Shown here: piece after piece, positions 47,201-56,500 of the stretch
Position numbering within the stretch: position 1 is the stretch's first letter
How the letters are laid out: each line of letters opens with the position of its first letter
NCBI GenBank assembly: GCA_965370295.1
Contig: CBDUSO010000004.1
Span: 3,477 to 67,476, forward strand
Origin: an uncultured bacterium
GTDB taxonomy: Bacteria; Caldisericota; Caldisericia; JAAYUI01
Length of the DNA stretch: 64,000 bases
Direction: 5' to 3'
Program-made: the position numbers and the translations under genes
Notes under the pieces: model-generated
Database searches by the model: none
What the model saw: the letters and a program-made list of their open reading frames with translations, nothing else
What the model was told of the DNA's origin: nothing

Positions 47201-47329
47201 TCTGTTTGCGACCATTGTTGCAGGCTTGTTGCCAGCATTTGCATCTGTTTTGGGTGTTAGTAATGGAATACCTACTATCATTCCCATAACTAGTGCCAAA
47301 CTAAGCAGAGTAGTTATTACTTTTCTCAT
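38243..47329 (-). CDS. Giant secreted surface protein, paralogue A (3028 aa), with C-terminal Ig-like domains and a CAO-N-like domain
   Basis: It has the signal peptide MRKVITTLLSLALVMGMIVG...DANA and a GAAGGAGAG RBS. It is collinear with paralogues B and C along its length. Shared blocks include RFPNIVLTLENWDNPNDINDPAGMRF, YIVQVNDDDTFICWEW, YQDCCEKPPVDGIDVHGL, AYKYGDDNNDRSF and FSHEVYLAA. Confidence 0.85.
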   Translation of the reverse strand: MRKVITTLLSLALVMGMIVGIPLLTPKTDANAGNKPATMVANRFHRIGFDRYGRELPDAKQVPWQKVGENWWGRTGFPMPFAIRAVDEPPNAIPLPPATAAYATIAMTNGDDGSGNNVAVDGLPSSVARVQDFGLWSEVWLTVDVSEGNGQTHYKHHWYVILDEHGQLWFDTDGRFNDCRYYGYADPYDVNYQIDPHGYTHDNCTDNPRALVDPIVSNNTQGPYILDPDYNPFVNSDANDFSFQFYSESYGMSNQAAPVYNSRIYFWDADKTGYNTKRLWKLGYTDMTDYLAENAMGPAGAVCSGEVYLSAPTSDNHYKQYEDWDNELVLEGFPFSLDFETGGAANGSVLHAENVTDAVSYPDDRQTFNGQVEVAYNFAEFIYRKDGTMVPYTLPAPNNPIPPMDYSLAPSHFVDMGDVRLSDVVVTRNGYIQTYPEGTAVYDTGVLGMWDPGDDYDVGTSLWAFADVANPFANFTECEYYHNQQIAGTATPTPPIITASYDPGEFIYRKYPGRTGRQVEVLDINPDPDIIELRGDFRLTNVRGWQTDDTRQHNAGRPYLIFDTDGLTRAGIIDGDLLLMAEVINGGCLSPDYDIAIQTDAWIGWRDNGYWMPVEIGYTAAGIRSQFDTTINHFNRVQKNAMLSPRSEGFFVPSTVFHDVKLEERQFLGWTIWLDDGVDNNVGSYEYNALANPNMPVRDIIPASSLNLDHDLNDKYFIEQLVGGESLDRWDFDYGRGSPRDDFGELVAFTDPKVTSIPTSIQAGPPYMFFDTGGEGIFGCNEHIYRDMDGAVGNPTGTITAGDIRLTNVTTFRNQGGNTAGAMIQYLAGSIVAAGDLDVGEILTAFPAISAPEVFCFYDVAHPASGLARNYEYDPGEDIYLQPTDGAGSYIKEVDYRSVRATEVEIQGRVYACGTPVALSQALYVENEVNMISMGHNGLASFMDMEVLPGDIKVKVVVDQPFMVEQTSNVEITVTPAPNDPDDKYHVLLENIPRSSFNNIAETIRTIDINHKTVNFEITPYRGSCDLTGFVQDRKIYVHVIKEESDLSAYSGLLMLPRDGEYYDPYWSTVYRDPEHRAYANYARYVFDPVTDPRYELYGIHYKELSNSYDCYGRESFTVEPEKLVVTANRKCLTILEQRFPNIVLTLENWDNPNDINDPAGMRFATQSIADRPHRVNYNCRGAGVKFLFTANNIDFTKKYIVQVNDDDTFICWEWDDYEPLNMLSPLDILMFRDIVPNQTYAPAYGVPTSFGNAVTPDPRFGRGTLTQAPRLPVDAEPESEAEKCTVTDIDCSGKQATCDLCGIGGGETEDFIPTGSITLNDTYGNSYIQFIIQTFGVPAMVTDYGYLSTTDPGGQMLVAVLPRNAETPLWIRITAEQTIFNFNSVDGQLWPPNGPSFLNDYTGGVDYCGLIRFDVTTPDPSVNFAELNMVDHALQYSQTNYTAGSDEDGYHTNPISPLGMPAPQIQVPYNPMIKDLTEEVICYPGGQTHPFRLDGPSSKRRSGWNAYPAIHSKNYNGTDESQFVKLGTEFFPLTDYGLFFVIKNQRGEHLSFSPIHHWIQDETGAYPIRYDLQIKRVLIEGPFMRPKFMDADYTNFLSNNYYNGTEYLPIAYDYSGRIEITEDTAATFVKNPLAFHGGDFANTTNPYMTKANPVRNQLVYPDDTNIPENDYLRLLDRSLDFTANHWANIGGMPGGANDLFVIDEIIPINYGNISITVELQDGTRKIYQDCCEKPPVDGIDVHGLDIKGAPLELQVDQDNVVEIELREYEDIQVVQECNNAFVFCWQDRGIKQLGAEMRYGIGDGWITNPPRNSNKRSVGWQYLPADDLNGDSKISFNDFETEILGTYDMVTNTWSAGIIDARTYQRNDGKYRFELTEEHGCRIDEVGFDFGGGQQSGGRFTVPDHIISQNEELPVWITAYKYGDDNNDRSFQPYYEIPPRSEFGVPGFSHEVYLAATKAMTVVGENDLIVEITPTVLTAGVTPEYVDPDEPFTFQVYHEDAVTPFDFVEEGVPDYTGAYRIENWNNIANNIFVDPRPDNTYYNGYDAELTRYYWLRLDLHNNDPTSQSQGCDNHRIFSSVIEAVNFIKYDFSGHEEGKYVFGDFVANDEGSFPVYIYSPNRKHHAVANVKVRSPQVTYEITNVEDPDLKVFTVPAEAGDTDFLLTAANNNIYRVKVTCRTHDGEKLLRGTAKGVSVCSGSDQDVARFTPAFTTPMTYTGGGGWYGFFTRGDILTFDHHPLDMDQLFRPRMEPRIGVDFDRDGNIEESNKELFRCGAMEFPTFRVYSYNTPWYSRFSFIRYTFNYGAGGLPIAFYYNTSNYAYKDQFDGKWHYNSYYFGDIYPHKDVELAWGPGAIYNSAHHAGYLFADFNKDEALSYNDSLSLDDRGQTEMYISAEDIFRFGGLVGDNPWSNTKWGDVYGGNSPYLTGISSFGASGYYNSAFTHDFKPDPYAPRTMKRRYGFRLVHMSNPAAYIPAKDGTFRLDWEAWPDDENYVQVKAPKIEVYSAETRELFGKALLKESNYDLIYSKNNHILMRFWPADERDIALETGARIQLKPYISGGAAPRNSYARTDRSLTDPKATECISLVRPTGVGTGILGITYYQSNNRFTFPYEFIISRDLDMYGIFPGFDSVRGLEVLVDSESLLTTQTTGTINITVREYGTKYPASQAELTIEGAGVSIPSKRCNDKGEASIVITPTETGIITVKASLAEFADGIGRIVVGADIQPPPLSIEKPTNFETIARKSVDVEGKTRPGSTLTINGNKVAVDLKGDFKYTANLPNEGSNTLMLKSVSPSGATTIRFVTVIRDLTPPQLIITEPTGVIAGATVYVLTGRVEPGSEVTVNGAKAKVVFDVWTAKVNLVPGENTIEVIAVDSVGNVAKESITIINYNKVVIELVVGNKTAYVDGRAVSMQAAPSVTNNSGTLMVSADFLFSKLGDGCSIIPKGTGYEIVLGKKGTGTFTIGSDMVTIDGPKTLSEAPARDITTNQVMIPAANILQYINAMTDGILDIDWNPAANRMTITRLWK

Positions 47330-47550
47330 TTGCTCTCTCCTTCACCTAATTGAAGGTTCACGATTCTCCTGCCAGGGAGCGATCGTAACCGCGATCTATC
47401 ATTAAAGCTAGCTTCGCGTAACCAATCATAACCATTCATGTATAAATCAATCCTTTTTTTCTCGTACCTCGACCCCCCACCGTATGAAGGGAGGGACCGA
47501 GGCAATACCATACATACTATCTGTCCTTATGTCTATATTTTCTAACGCAT

Positions 47551-50500
47551 CTAGCCTTCGATGGTGATTGTAAACATTCTATCGCCACTGGTTTTTATTG
47601 TCACCTTGTTGCCTGTAAGTTCGATTACCTTCTGTATGAAGGCTATTGGGACCATCAGCTTGTTGGTGCCAATCATGTATGGAGCGACATCCAATGTCAG
47701 CTGAACCCCATTTACAGTTGCATTCTTGCTTCCAACGGTACAGGTTGCGGTCTTTCCGTTCACAGCGACTGTCATGGTGTTGCCACCAACATTTACACTT
47801 AATCCATTGATCAAGCCTTCGATGTCTTTGAGAGGTACCATAATGATACCATTCTTGAGCTCTGGCGGCTGGATCTGATTCTGTGGTTGTCCATTCTTGG
47901 TTGGGATTGGATCACCGATAGAAAGCACTATGATTGTGACTTTTTTGATCGTGTAGCTTTCGGTAGCCGGGGTTGTGTTTCCGGCAACATCTGTTGCCTT
48001 AACTCCGACTGTGAATTCTTCACCAGTATTGATTGTGAAGCGTTCAGTTTTCCATACATCGTTTGCTACGGTTACGGTAACCTGACGTGCATTTCCACCC
48101 TGGCTAATTGTTACTTCAACATTTGAGAGTGGGGTCACGCGACCGGTCAACCAGATTTCACCACTGTTGCCACCGATACCGAATGCATCGATGTCAGACT
48201 GCTGTGGCATGAGTATTCCAGGTGCGGTTGTATCAAGTGTTATCTTGACGGTTACCGCTGACTCAACACCGTTTGCACCAACTGCGTGCAATGTGATGAG
48301 GTTTTCACCCTCTTGGAGTGTTACCTGTGATTGCCATTTTCCATCTGCTGCAACCTTGGCTTTTTTCTTGCCTACATCAAGCTCTGCACCAGTTGATACA
48401 ACACCGGAGAGATTGATTGTGCCACGGTTGGTAATTCCTTCAAATTCGTCAATGTCAATTGATGGTGGAGTGAGGTCTAGATCAACATAGAGGACGGAGT
48501 TTCCTGGTGTGTAGCCCTCGTAAGTTGCACCTATGATAATCTTAGCTCTTGTTTCGGGTTTGACATTTTCAAATCTTGCTTCACCGATTGCGTCAGTCGT
48601 CTGTTCCATCTCAATTGTGCCATCTTCCGAGCGGAATGTTACAACTGCACCCTCGATTGCATATCCCGAGCCTGCTTCTTTTACAACAACTGATACTGTA
48701 TCTGGCTGACCTAGTTTGAGTATCTCGTTGTATGGTGTTGCGGTAATTTCAAGTCCAGTGGTTACGTCAAGGAGATTGGTAGCATAGAGTGAGAACCATG
48801 AATCATATTCAAATCCATCCATACCCTTGATATTGTTTGCTCTCATGTTCCAGTTGTATTCTCTTGTGAAGTATAGTGCAGCCACATTTTCACCGGTACC
48901 TGTTGGTGTCCAGTACATGATGGTTTCCATTGCCTTTGGATCAGTTTTTGACTCGGTAAGCTTGCCCTTGATGTTATTTTCATAGCTGTTTTCAAGATAC
49001 CAAGCCCAATTTGTATAATTCCCGGCTTGGATTTCTGAGTCTGCTTTAAGTTTTGCATCTCTTGAGTCAGCTGGGTATGCACGAACTATGAAGTGATTTC
49101 TCACAGCATAGGTGAAGTCGTATGCACCTGGGTCAAGAATGTCTTTTGACATTTCATCACCAGTAACTGGGTCGAACAGTTTCAACTCAGGAGCTTTGGC
49201 ACCTGTGTTTCTGTTTGGAATTGCTTCCCAGTCAAGCTTGAATGTATGGTCCATGGTTCCATAGTAGAATCCACGATACGATCTTCTTGCGACATATCTG
49301 TAGTACATGTAGTTTGGATCGAACTTGTCGTACCAACCTGGGAATCCAACAACATCAGCGTGATCTTTGTGATTACTCAGTAGGTTGTTACCTATCAGTC
49401 CACCGACTTCGTTTACGTCATCTGCCCAGTAGTAGAAGCTTACCTGTCCATTTTCATTGAAGGAGAGTGAGTCAGCGAATGTCAGTATTCCATCGAGATC
49501 AAGGTCTGGGAAGATGTATGCACCAGCATATGGATTGTTGTAGATTGCTCCCCAACCCCAGCCAATATTATTGATCGGTGGAACATCCCATGAATCTGTT
49601 GTCTCATAGCTGTAGTCGTCATAGCGATAGTTGGTTGTGTTGTAGTGTACGACCGGACTCGACCAGTTACCATATCTCCAGGTATCGTAGAGTGAATAGT
49701 AAGTCTGCATGTATGGTTTCATTGAGGTGAAGCGATGAATCTCGGAGTTTGCTGTGTAGACTGGGTCAATCTTGCCATCATTTGTGATGTCGATAGCCAG
49801 GAATGGGTAGAACCTGTTTCCTTCGCTACAGAGGAACATTTTGTCATTGTTACCTCTGATTGGATCATAACCAAGTCCGTATCCACCAACACCATAATGT
49901 GAATATCCACGAGCTGGGTTTTGTCCACGTGTATAGTTAAAGTTCTGTGGTCTTGTTATGTATGGTGTGAATCTGGCGGTGTCTGCACCAGTTCCGGAAC
50001 ATACTGAAACTTCTTTTGCGATTCCTTTGATTAGAGAACCCTGTGCATCCCAGCATGTTGCTGTTATTTCATAGAGTCTGTCATCATTTGCAGTCATCAC
50101 AAAGTCAACATCATCAAATGATTCGTCGGTTTCAGTGTTTCTGATTGTGTACTTAACATCGGGCTGGGCAACCTTAACAGTTACCATTGCTCTATGTTTG
50201 CGATCAGGGGTGTAGGCATAAACCTCGAACTCACCCTGGTCGTTTGCGGTGAATCCACGGAAGTCATAACGACCCGTTGTCTCATCATCATCACCACGGT
50301 CAACCTCAAATGTAATTGGTCTGAATGGGTCATTTGGCTGTGAGTAAAGCATTGAGTTACAAATTGGTGTTCCATCGAAGTTGTGAAGGTCAGTTCTTGT
50401 CCAGTAGTACTGTGGAAGCACTGAACCCATACCGTAGTAATAGTCGTTATCTGGATGTGGGTCGACAAAACAATGCATTGCAATGTCGCGGTCTACAACT

Positions 50501-53500
50501 GCTGTGTTGCCCCATGCATCTGAGATACCTTTTCTGAAGTCAACAGGGTTGCCGTTGTCATCTGTGAAAGTGAAATGGAGTGGTGTATCTGGATTCTGAA
50601 GCTCTGGAGTCATACCAGCTGTGAGTGGTTCTGGTCCGTATGTCATGTTGAGGTCTTCCTGTGGGAATACCTCAAATTTTCTTGTTCCTGCGAGATAAAC
50701 CTCGTGACTCATTGAACCGATTGAATCTGGTATTGAGTCATAGAGTGGTCTGAATGAGTTACCAACATCATCATCACCATACTTGTATGCAACGATCCAC
50801 ATTGGAAGGGTTTCATCAAATCCAATGACGTGATCCCTGTATCCAGGTGGTAATGGTTCACCGGTTGCACCGAATCCACCGAAGTCGAATCCGACCATGT
50901 CTGGTGCGACTGTGAGTTTGTAGAGCCCATCGTTTCTGTGATATGTTCTTGCGTCAATGAATGCACCTGTCCAGGAGTTTGTTGCAAGATCGTAGCTACC
51001 CATTATCTCGGTTTCGTGAGAGGCAAAGCTAACTTTTCCATCATCATCATAATCATCATCAATGAGATACTGGATACCCTGCTGGTAAACAACTGAGTTC
51101 TTTGGTGGTTTGGTTACCCAACCGTCACCTGCTCCGACCCAAACGTTCTGCTGTGGGTCAAATATTCCGCAATCCTGCCATGCAAATACCTGGGCATCAT
51201 TGCACTGAGCATTTTGCCATTCGTTATAGTCAGGAATATCTGCTTTTTCGTTTTCGGTGACTCTTACATTGAGTGTAATCTCGTCATCGACGAATATTCC
51301 ACCACGCTCTTCAACATCTTCGTTGTCAAGTTCGATGCCGAGGGCATGAACGTCAACACCGTCTGTGATCGGTTTCTGGCAACAATCCTGGAATATTTTC
51401 ACTGTGCCATCTGTTAGTGTTACCTTGATTTCGATATTTCCAGGCTGGATTGGGATAATTTCGTCAACTGCGAACACGTAGCCGTTTTCAATTCCATAAC
51501 TGTGTACGATGTTTGGATCTGAGCTACGATACACCAATGCTCTGGATTTTCGGAGTGCTGCATTTGCTGGTAATCCCTCACCGAGTGCTATATGCATGTC
51601 ATCTCTGAATCCAGGACTGACGATTGATGTAAAGTCACCAGCGTTAACTTCGTAATACTGTGAATTCCTACGATCAATCTTCAAGTATCCAGATGTGTCA
51701 TATCTGATTGGAACGTTTTCAACACCATTGAACTGATATTCACTAACAAGACGCTGTTCGACATAACCAGATCCATTGTATCCGGCACCAATGATATTTG
51801 GTCTGTGATACCTTGCTGGGACCATGAATGGTCCGGTGAATTCAATTGTTTCAATCAATCTAAAATTGAGTCCCGGGTAGTTTCTTGTTATTGTAGCATA
51901 TGGATCAAATGTGTACTGATCCCAATCTGTGTAACTCTGGGTATTACCTCTTCCACCATCACCAACACTGGTTGGTGAAACTAGTGTGAAGAAGAATCCA
52001 TAGTCGGTTAGTGGATAGAACTCTGTTCCGAGTTTGTTGTAGAGTTCGTGCTGGATTGCTGGATATGCATTGAATCCGCCACCACGCTCTGAACCGATTG
52101 CACGAGCTGTATGTGACTGTCCACCAGGATAAACACGGCAGTCTTCCTTGTAGTTCTTGCATACTGGGTCGTACCAGTGTCTAAGCTGTGGTGATGGTCT
52201 GTCCATTGCAGAGAGTGGGTTATCACCGGATGTGTAGTCAGCTGCTGAGAACTGCTTACCATGGTCAATCATGTTGAATTCACCAAAGTTGAGCATGTCT
52301 GCTGCCTGAACATCAACTGTGAATGTTCCGCAATAATCGATTCCAGGTGAGTCATCGTATACGAAGTATGGTGGATGGAATGTTGGGTTGGAGTCATCGA
52401 ATGACCAGCCTGCAATCACTGAGTTGTAGTCATATATGGTATGTGCCATATAAACACGGATTTCAAGAGGAGTGCTTGTATTTTTTGGCTGTAATGGAAT
52501 GAAGATTTCTCCGCCATCGGAGCTATCATCCCAGTTTGTAACCATTGTTGGGATACCGTAGGTTGCGATAGAACCAAATCTTGCACCCTGCCAACCCTGG
52601 AAGAATGGAGGTTCACGATCACTAAACACATTGTTGAATCTTCCGAGCAGATCGCCGGCACTCACATCACCAAGACGTGGGAATCCTGCACCAAGCTGAC
52701 AAACATCACAGATACCAGTGTCAAATGAACAATCTCGATCATCGAGTTCTGTTGTTATATTACCATCACGAGTTATCGCCTGCAACCAACCATCTGTGTC
52801 TGTCCATGGCTGTCTGGAGGCAGTCCAGCCGGCTTCACCCGTGTCACCATAGATACCATTGAGGTAGCGTCTTGCTGAGTATAACCAGTCAGTCGGGTCT
52901 AAGGCACCCTTTGCTGCTCCTGGTCTGTCTTCAGCTGCTTCGTACCAACGCCAGAATGTGTATGAACCATCATCGTTGACTTGGATGATATATCTCTCGT
53001 TTGGTTCGTCTGGACTCTGTGCTGTACACAAATATTTGATACCAGCACCATGAGCGTTTACGTTACAAATCATCTTGCCACGAACACCAGCCTGGAGTGC
53101 AACTGTTGAGAAGAGCATCCCGGCGGGATCATTCACATCAATTGGATTGTCTGCATCCCAGAGTCTCAGAACCAAGTTCGGGAATCTCTGGTCAACAGGT
53201 GAAATACATGCTTTTCCACTTGCTGAATAATCAATCTCAATATCTTCTGGCCCAACTATCATGTCAAATTGACCATAACAGTCATACTGGTTGTCAAGTT
53301 GGCAAGAGGAACTGAGCATTCCGGATGTTGAAGTAATTGGTCTTGGGGTATGGTCACCAATATAGCGACCATCATACATCTTGATTGTCCAAGGTCTCAC
53401 AACCCAGAACGGATCATAGATGTTGTATTCATACAGGTTGTAGTCTTCTTCCTCGTAATCTTCGATTGGACGTTCTTCACGCACACCTGAAAGTACCGAA

Positions 53501-56500
53501 TCTACAGGGGTTGGGAAGGCAACTCCGCCACGCTCGAGGAATACTTCGATGCGAAGTGGATCACATGAACCATCTTCCTGGACTGAACCTCTGTATGGGG
53601 TGTACTGAATATGCTCGACTGGATTTTCCGGGGTGAGTTCAACAGTGCTGTAGTAGGCGTTTCCAATCTCATTGCTGTGAACGGTTTCTCTATTTTCACC
53701 GATGAAATAATTGTCATCAATTGTTCCACCACCGGCACGTCCTGGGTCTGCTGGGAATTCAAAGCGTGTGAAGAGGAGATCGTCCTGGTAGTCAAAGGTT
53801 GGTGCAGACAATCCATGATAGTAACCTTCCTGGAATTCGTCATGTCTTGGTGAACCTGATATGTTTCCTGATAGACCAACAACACCCTGACGATATCTGT
53901 ATGCACCAGCACAGTCACCATAACTGAATCTGACTGATCCATCGCTGTAAAGGGTGGCTGAGAAATTGAGGTCAGCAGGGGAGTTACTGTTCATTGGATA
54001 CTGTGTCTGCGACATCCATCTGACTTTAAGCTCTGTTGCTGTCGGTTGACAGTAGAATATCTGAAGATTGTCGTTTGGAACTCGACCAGAGCGTGGAGCA
54101 TAGTATTGAACCTGATAGGTACCAAGCGGACATATAGTATAGTCTCTGTAGTCTCTTCCATATCTCCAACTAAACCAGTAATAGGTATACGGAGTATCTC
54201 TCATTGAAACATAGGTATTTGGATTTCTATTGTTGAATCCAAGGTAACCAGCGGACGAAACATACAACGGGGAGCCCATCGGGAACACACGATTGTAGAG
54301 TGGGAAGTCAAATGGTAATGAGAGTTCATCTGTGAATGCATACGACAAGTAAGTTGAAGAGAACTGATCTTTATCAAGTTCATACTCATCGACTACACCA
54401 GTACAGAACTCTGTGAATGTGTTTGCTTCTCTTGTCTGGATGTAATCTGTGTAGGCTTCCTTTGCAGGAATTCCTTCCTGGAAAACACCATTCAATTTGA
54501 CTGTATATTTTTCACCAGGTTTTGGTGGTGGGTCGACAGAAACCTGAATGTCTGCGGTCTGTTCAACCTTGAGATGGAATTCCTGATCTTTTGTGATAGG
54601 TACTCCATCAATTGTGACTTTGAGGTCAACATCACCTGGGAGTACTGGAATATCCATAAATCTTGGATCGCCACATCTGCCCATTGAGATCATGGAGACC
54701 TTTGATTTGACATCATAGAGCTCGCCTGCGGCAAGTTTTGTTCCACATGGATAGTAGTAGCTGAATGGTCTGAGGTTTGATGCAGATGTTGATGATGTGG
54801 AATATTCTTCGCTGTCGTCTGAGCTTCCATCAAGTCTGTAAACATGCTTGTTCATGCCAACGTGGTGTCCACCCTGGAGAAGTCTTCTTCTGTCTCCAGC
54901 TGATGGAATTACATCAATGTGGTATGCCTGAGCATTATCAAAATATGCATCAACTGCGTATGTTGAGTTGTAGTAGTTCTGGTACTGACCATGGTTGAAA
55001 CCGATTGAGCCAAAACCATTTGGTGTGCCTGTAAGATTGATTTCAATGTCTACCGGCCAGAAATCGGTGACTATTGTCCAATAACCAGCGAACACTGTAG
55101 TTTCAATTTCATGCACTGTATTGTTTGCCATGAGGTCACCACTATTTGGAGCATTGTAACGGGCAATATGATGTGCTCTTGAATATGGTCCACCATTTTC
55201 TGGATGGGTGGCTGCTTCCCAGCGAAGGAAATGCATTGCAGACCAATAACCAGAGTTATGCCAGCCATAGTATGAACGGTTGTATCCACTGTAGAAGTAC
55301 ATCTGCCCATAACCATTACCAGCATAGTCCATGTAAACACAGCCCATACCAACACGTTTTTCATAATTTGAGTAGTTTCTGTCATCTCTACACATTACGT
55401 CGTAGTTGAACTGGTAGTTGTCCCACATACCACCGGCATTTGTACAGACATCATCACCGTTTGAGTCAACACCACGATACCAGACAAGGGCGGATGAATA
55501 CTGTGAATAATAGTATTGGTAATAATAAATCGAACCCCAAGTCCCCTGTCCACATGAGGTTGGCCCATAATAGTACTGATATGTATAAGGGCGGGTGTAT
55601 GTATCTTCATACAACCTTAGACGCCAGTCACCAAGGAAGTTTGTATTCTGAAGCGCGAGAAGATCTCCGCAACGGTCGTAGTAGTTGTAGAATCTTTCAT
55701 AGGTATATCTCCACCACGGGTAGTTATAATATCTACAATAGCTGTAATCATAATGAACAGTAGCATTATGCACACGTGGAGAACCGGAGCTTGGATACTG
55801 ACCGCTTATTCCGCCATTTTGGTGATAATACCAATCCATTCCGCCACCAGGTATGACACCACCCATTTGACCAGATTGACCGAATGCACCAGCACCGATT
55901 GTGTTTGTTCCTGGGTTATAGATGCCCTGGGTGTTACCACCGTGACGTGCAGTATCCCATCTCTGTCCACCAGCAAATGCTGTTGGGTCAAAGTCTTCGA
56001 TACCATATGAGTGGGTACCAACATTGTCCCATGCAACCATCTGGGTTGCACGCAAACCAGCGGCAAGTGCGGGATCCCAATAGATGAGTTCGCCGACATC
56101 ATACATTCCGTTTGGTCCATAACAACCGATTGGCTCGTCATAGAATGTGAGTCCTGGATCCATTTCGACAAGAACACGACCGACATCAAGGTCGCCAGCT
56201 ACTACAAATGAACCGGCTGGGTATTTGATCATTGTTCCTGCATCACCAAGGGCTACGTTTACATTTGAGTAAATTTCCATATCGATCATTCTCTGATCGC
56301 CTTCGTTTACGGTAGCGGGGTTGAAGGTTGCAGAATATGGGTCGGGGTCAAGTGGTAAGCCAGGTATGAATGGGAGCTTTCTGATGTCTCTATAGAAGGG
56401 TTCTCCACAACCATATTTGACTCCGTCAAGCATTCCTGGTGGATTTGTCATATCAAATGATGTTTCGAAGTACAGGAATTCATCATTGAACTCAGTTAAG

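Noticed and set aside
47326-47511. A 61-codon upstream ORF whose TGA overlaps the ATG of giant A (ATGA), and an analogous 29-codon ORF ending ATGA at the start of giant B (58420-58509).
   Set aside because: The two peptides are unrelated in sequence. They overlap stem-loops and the conserved promoter-like motif. ORFs of this length ending at an ATGA can arise by chance. I keep them only as a possibility to test with ribosome profiling.
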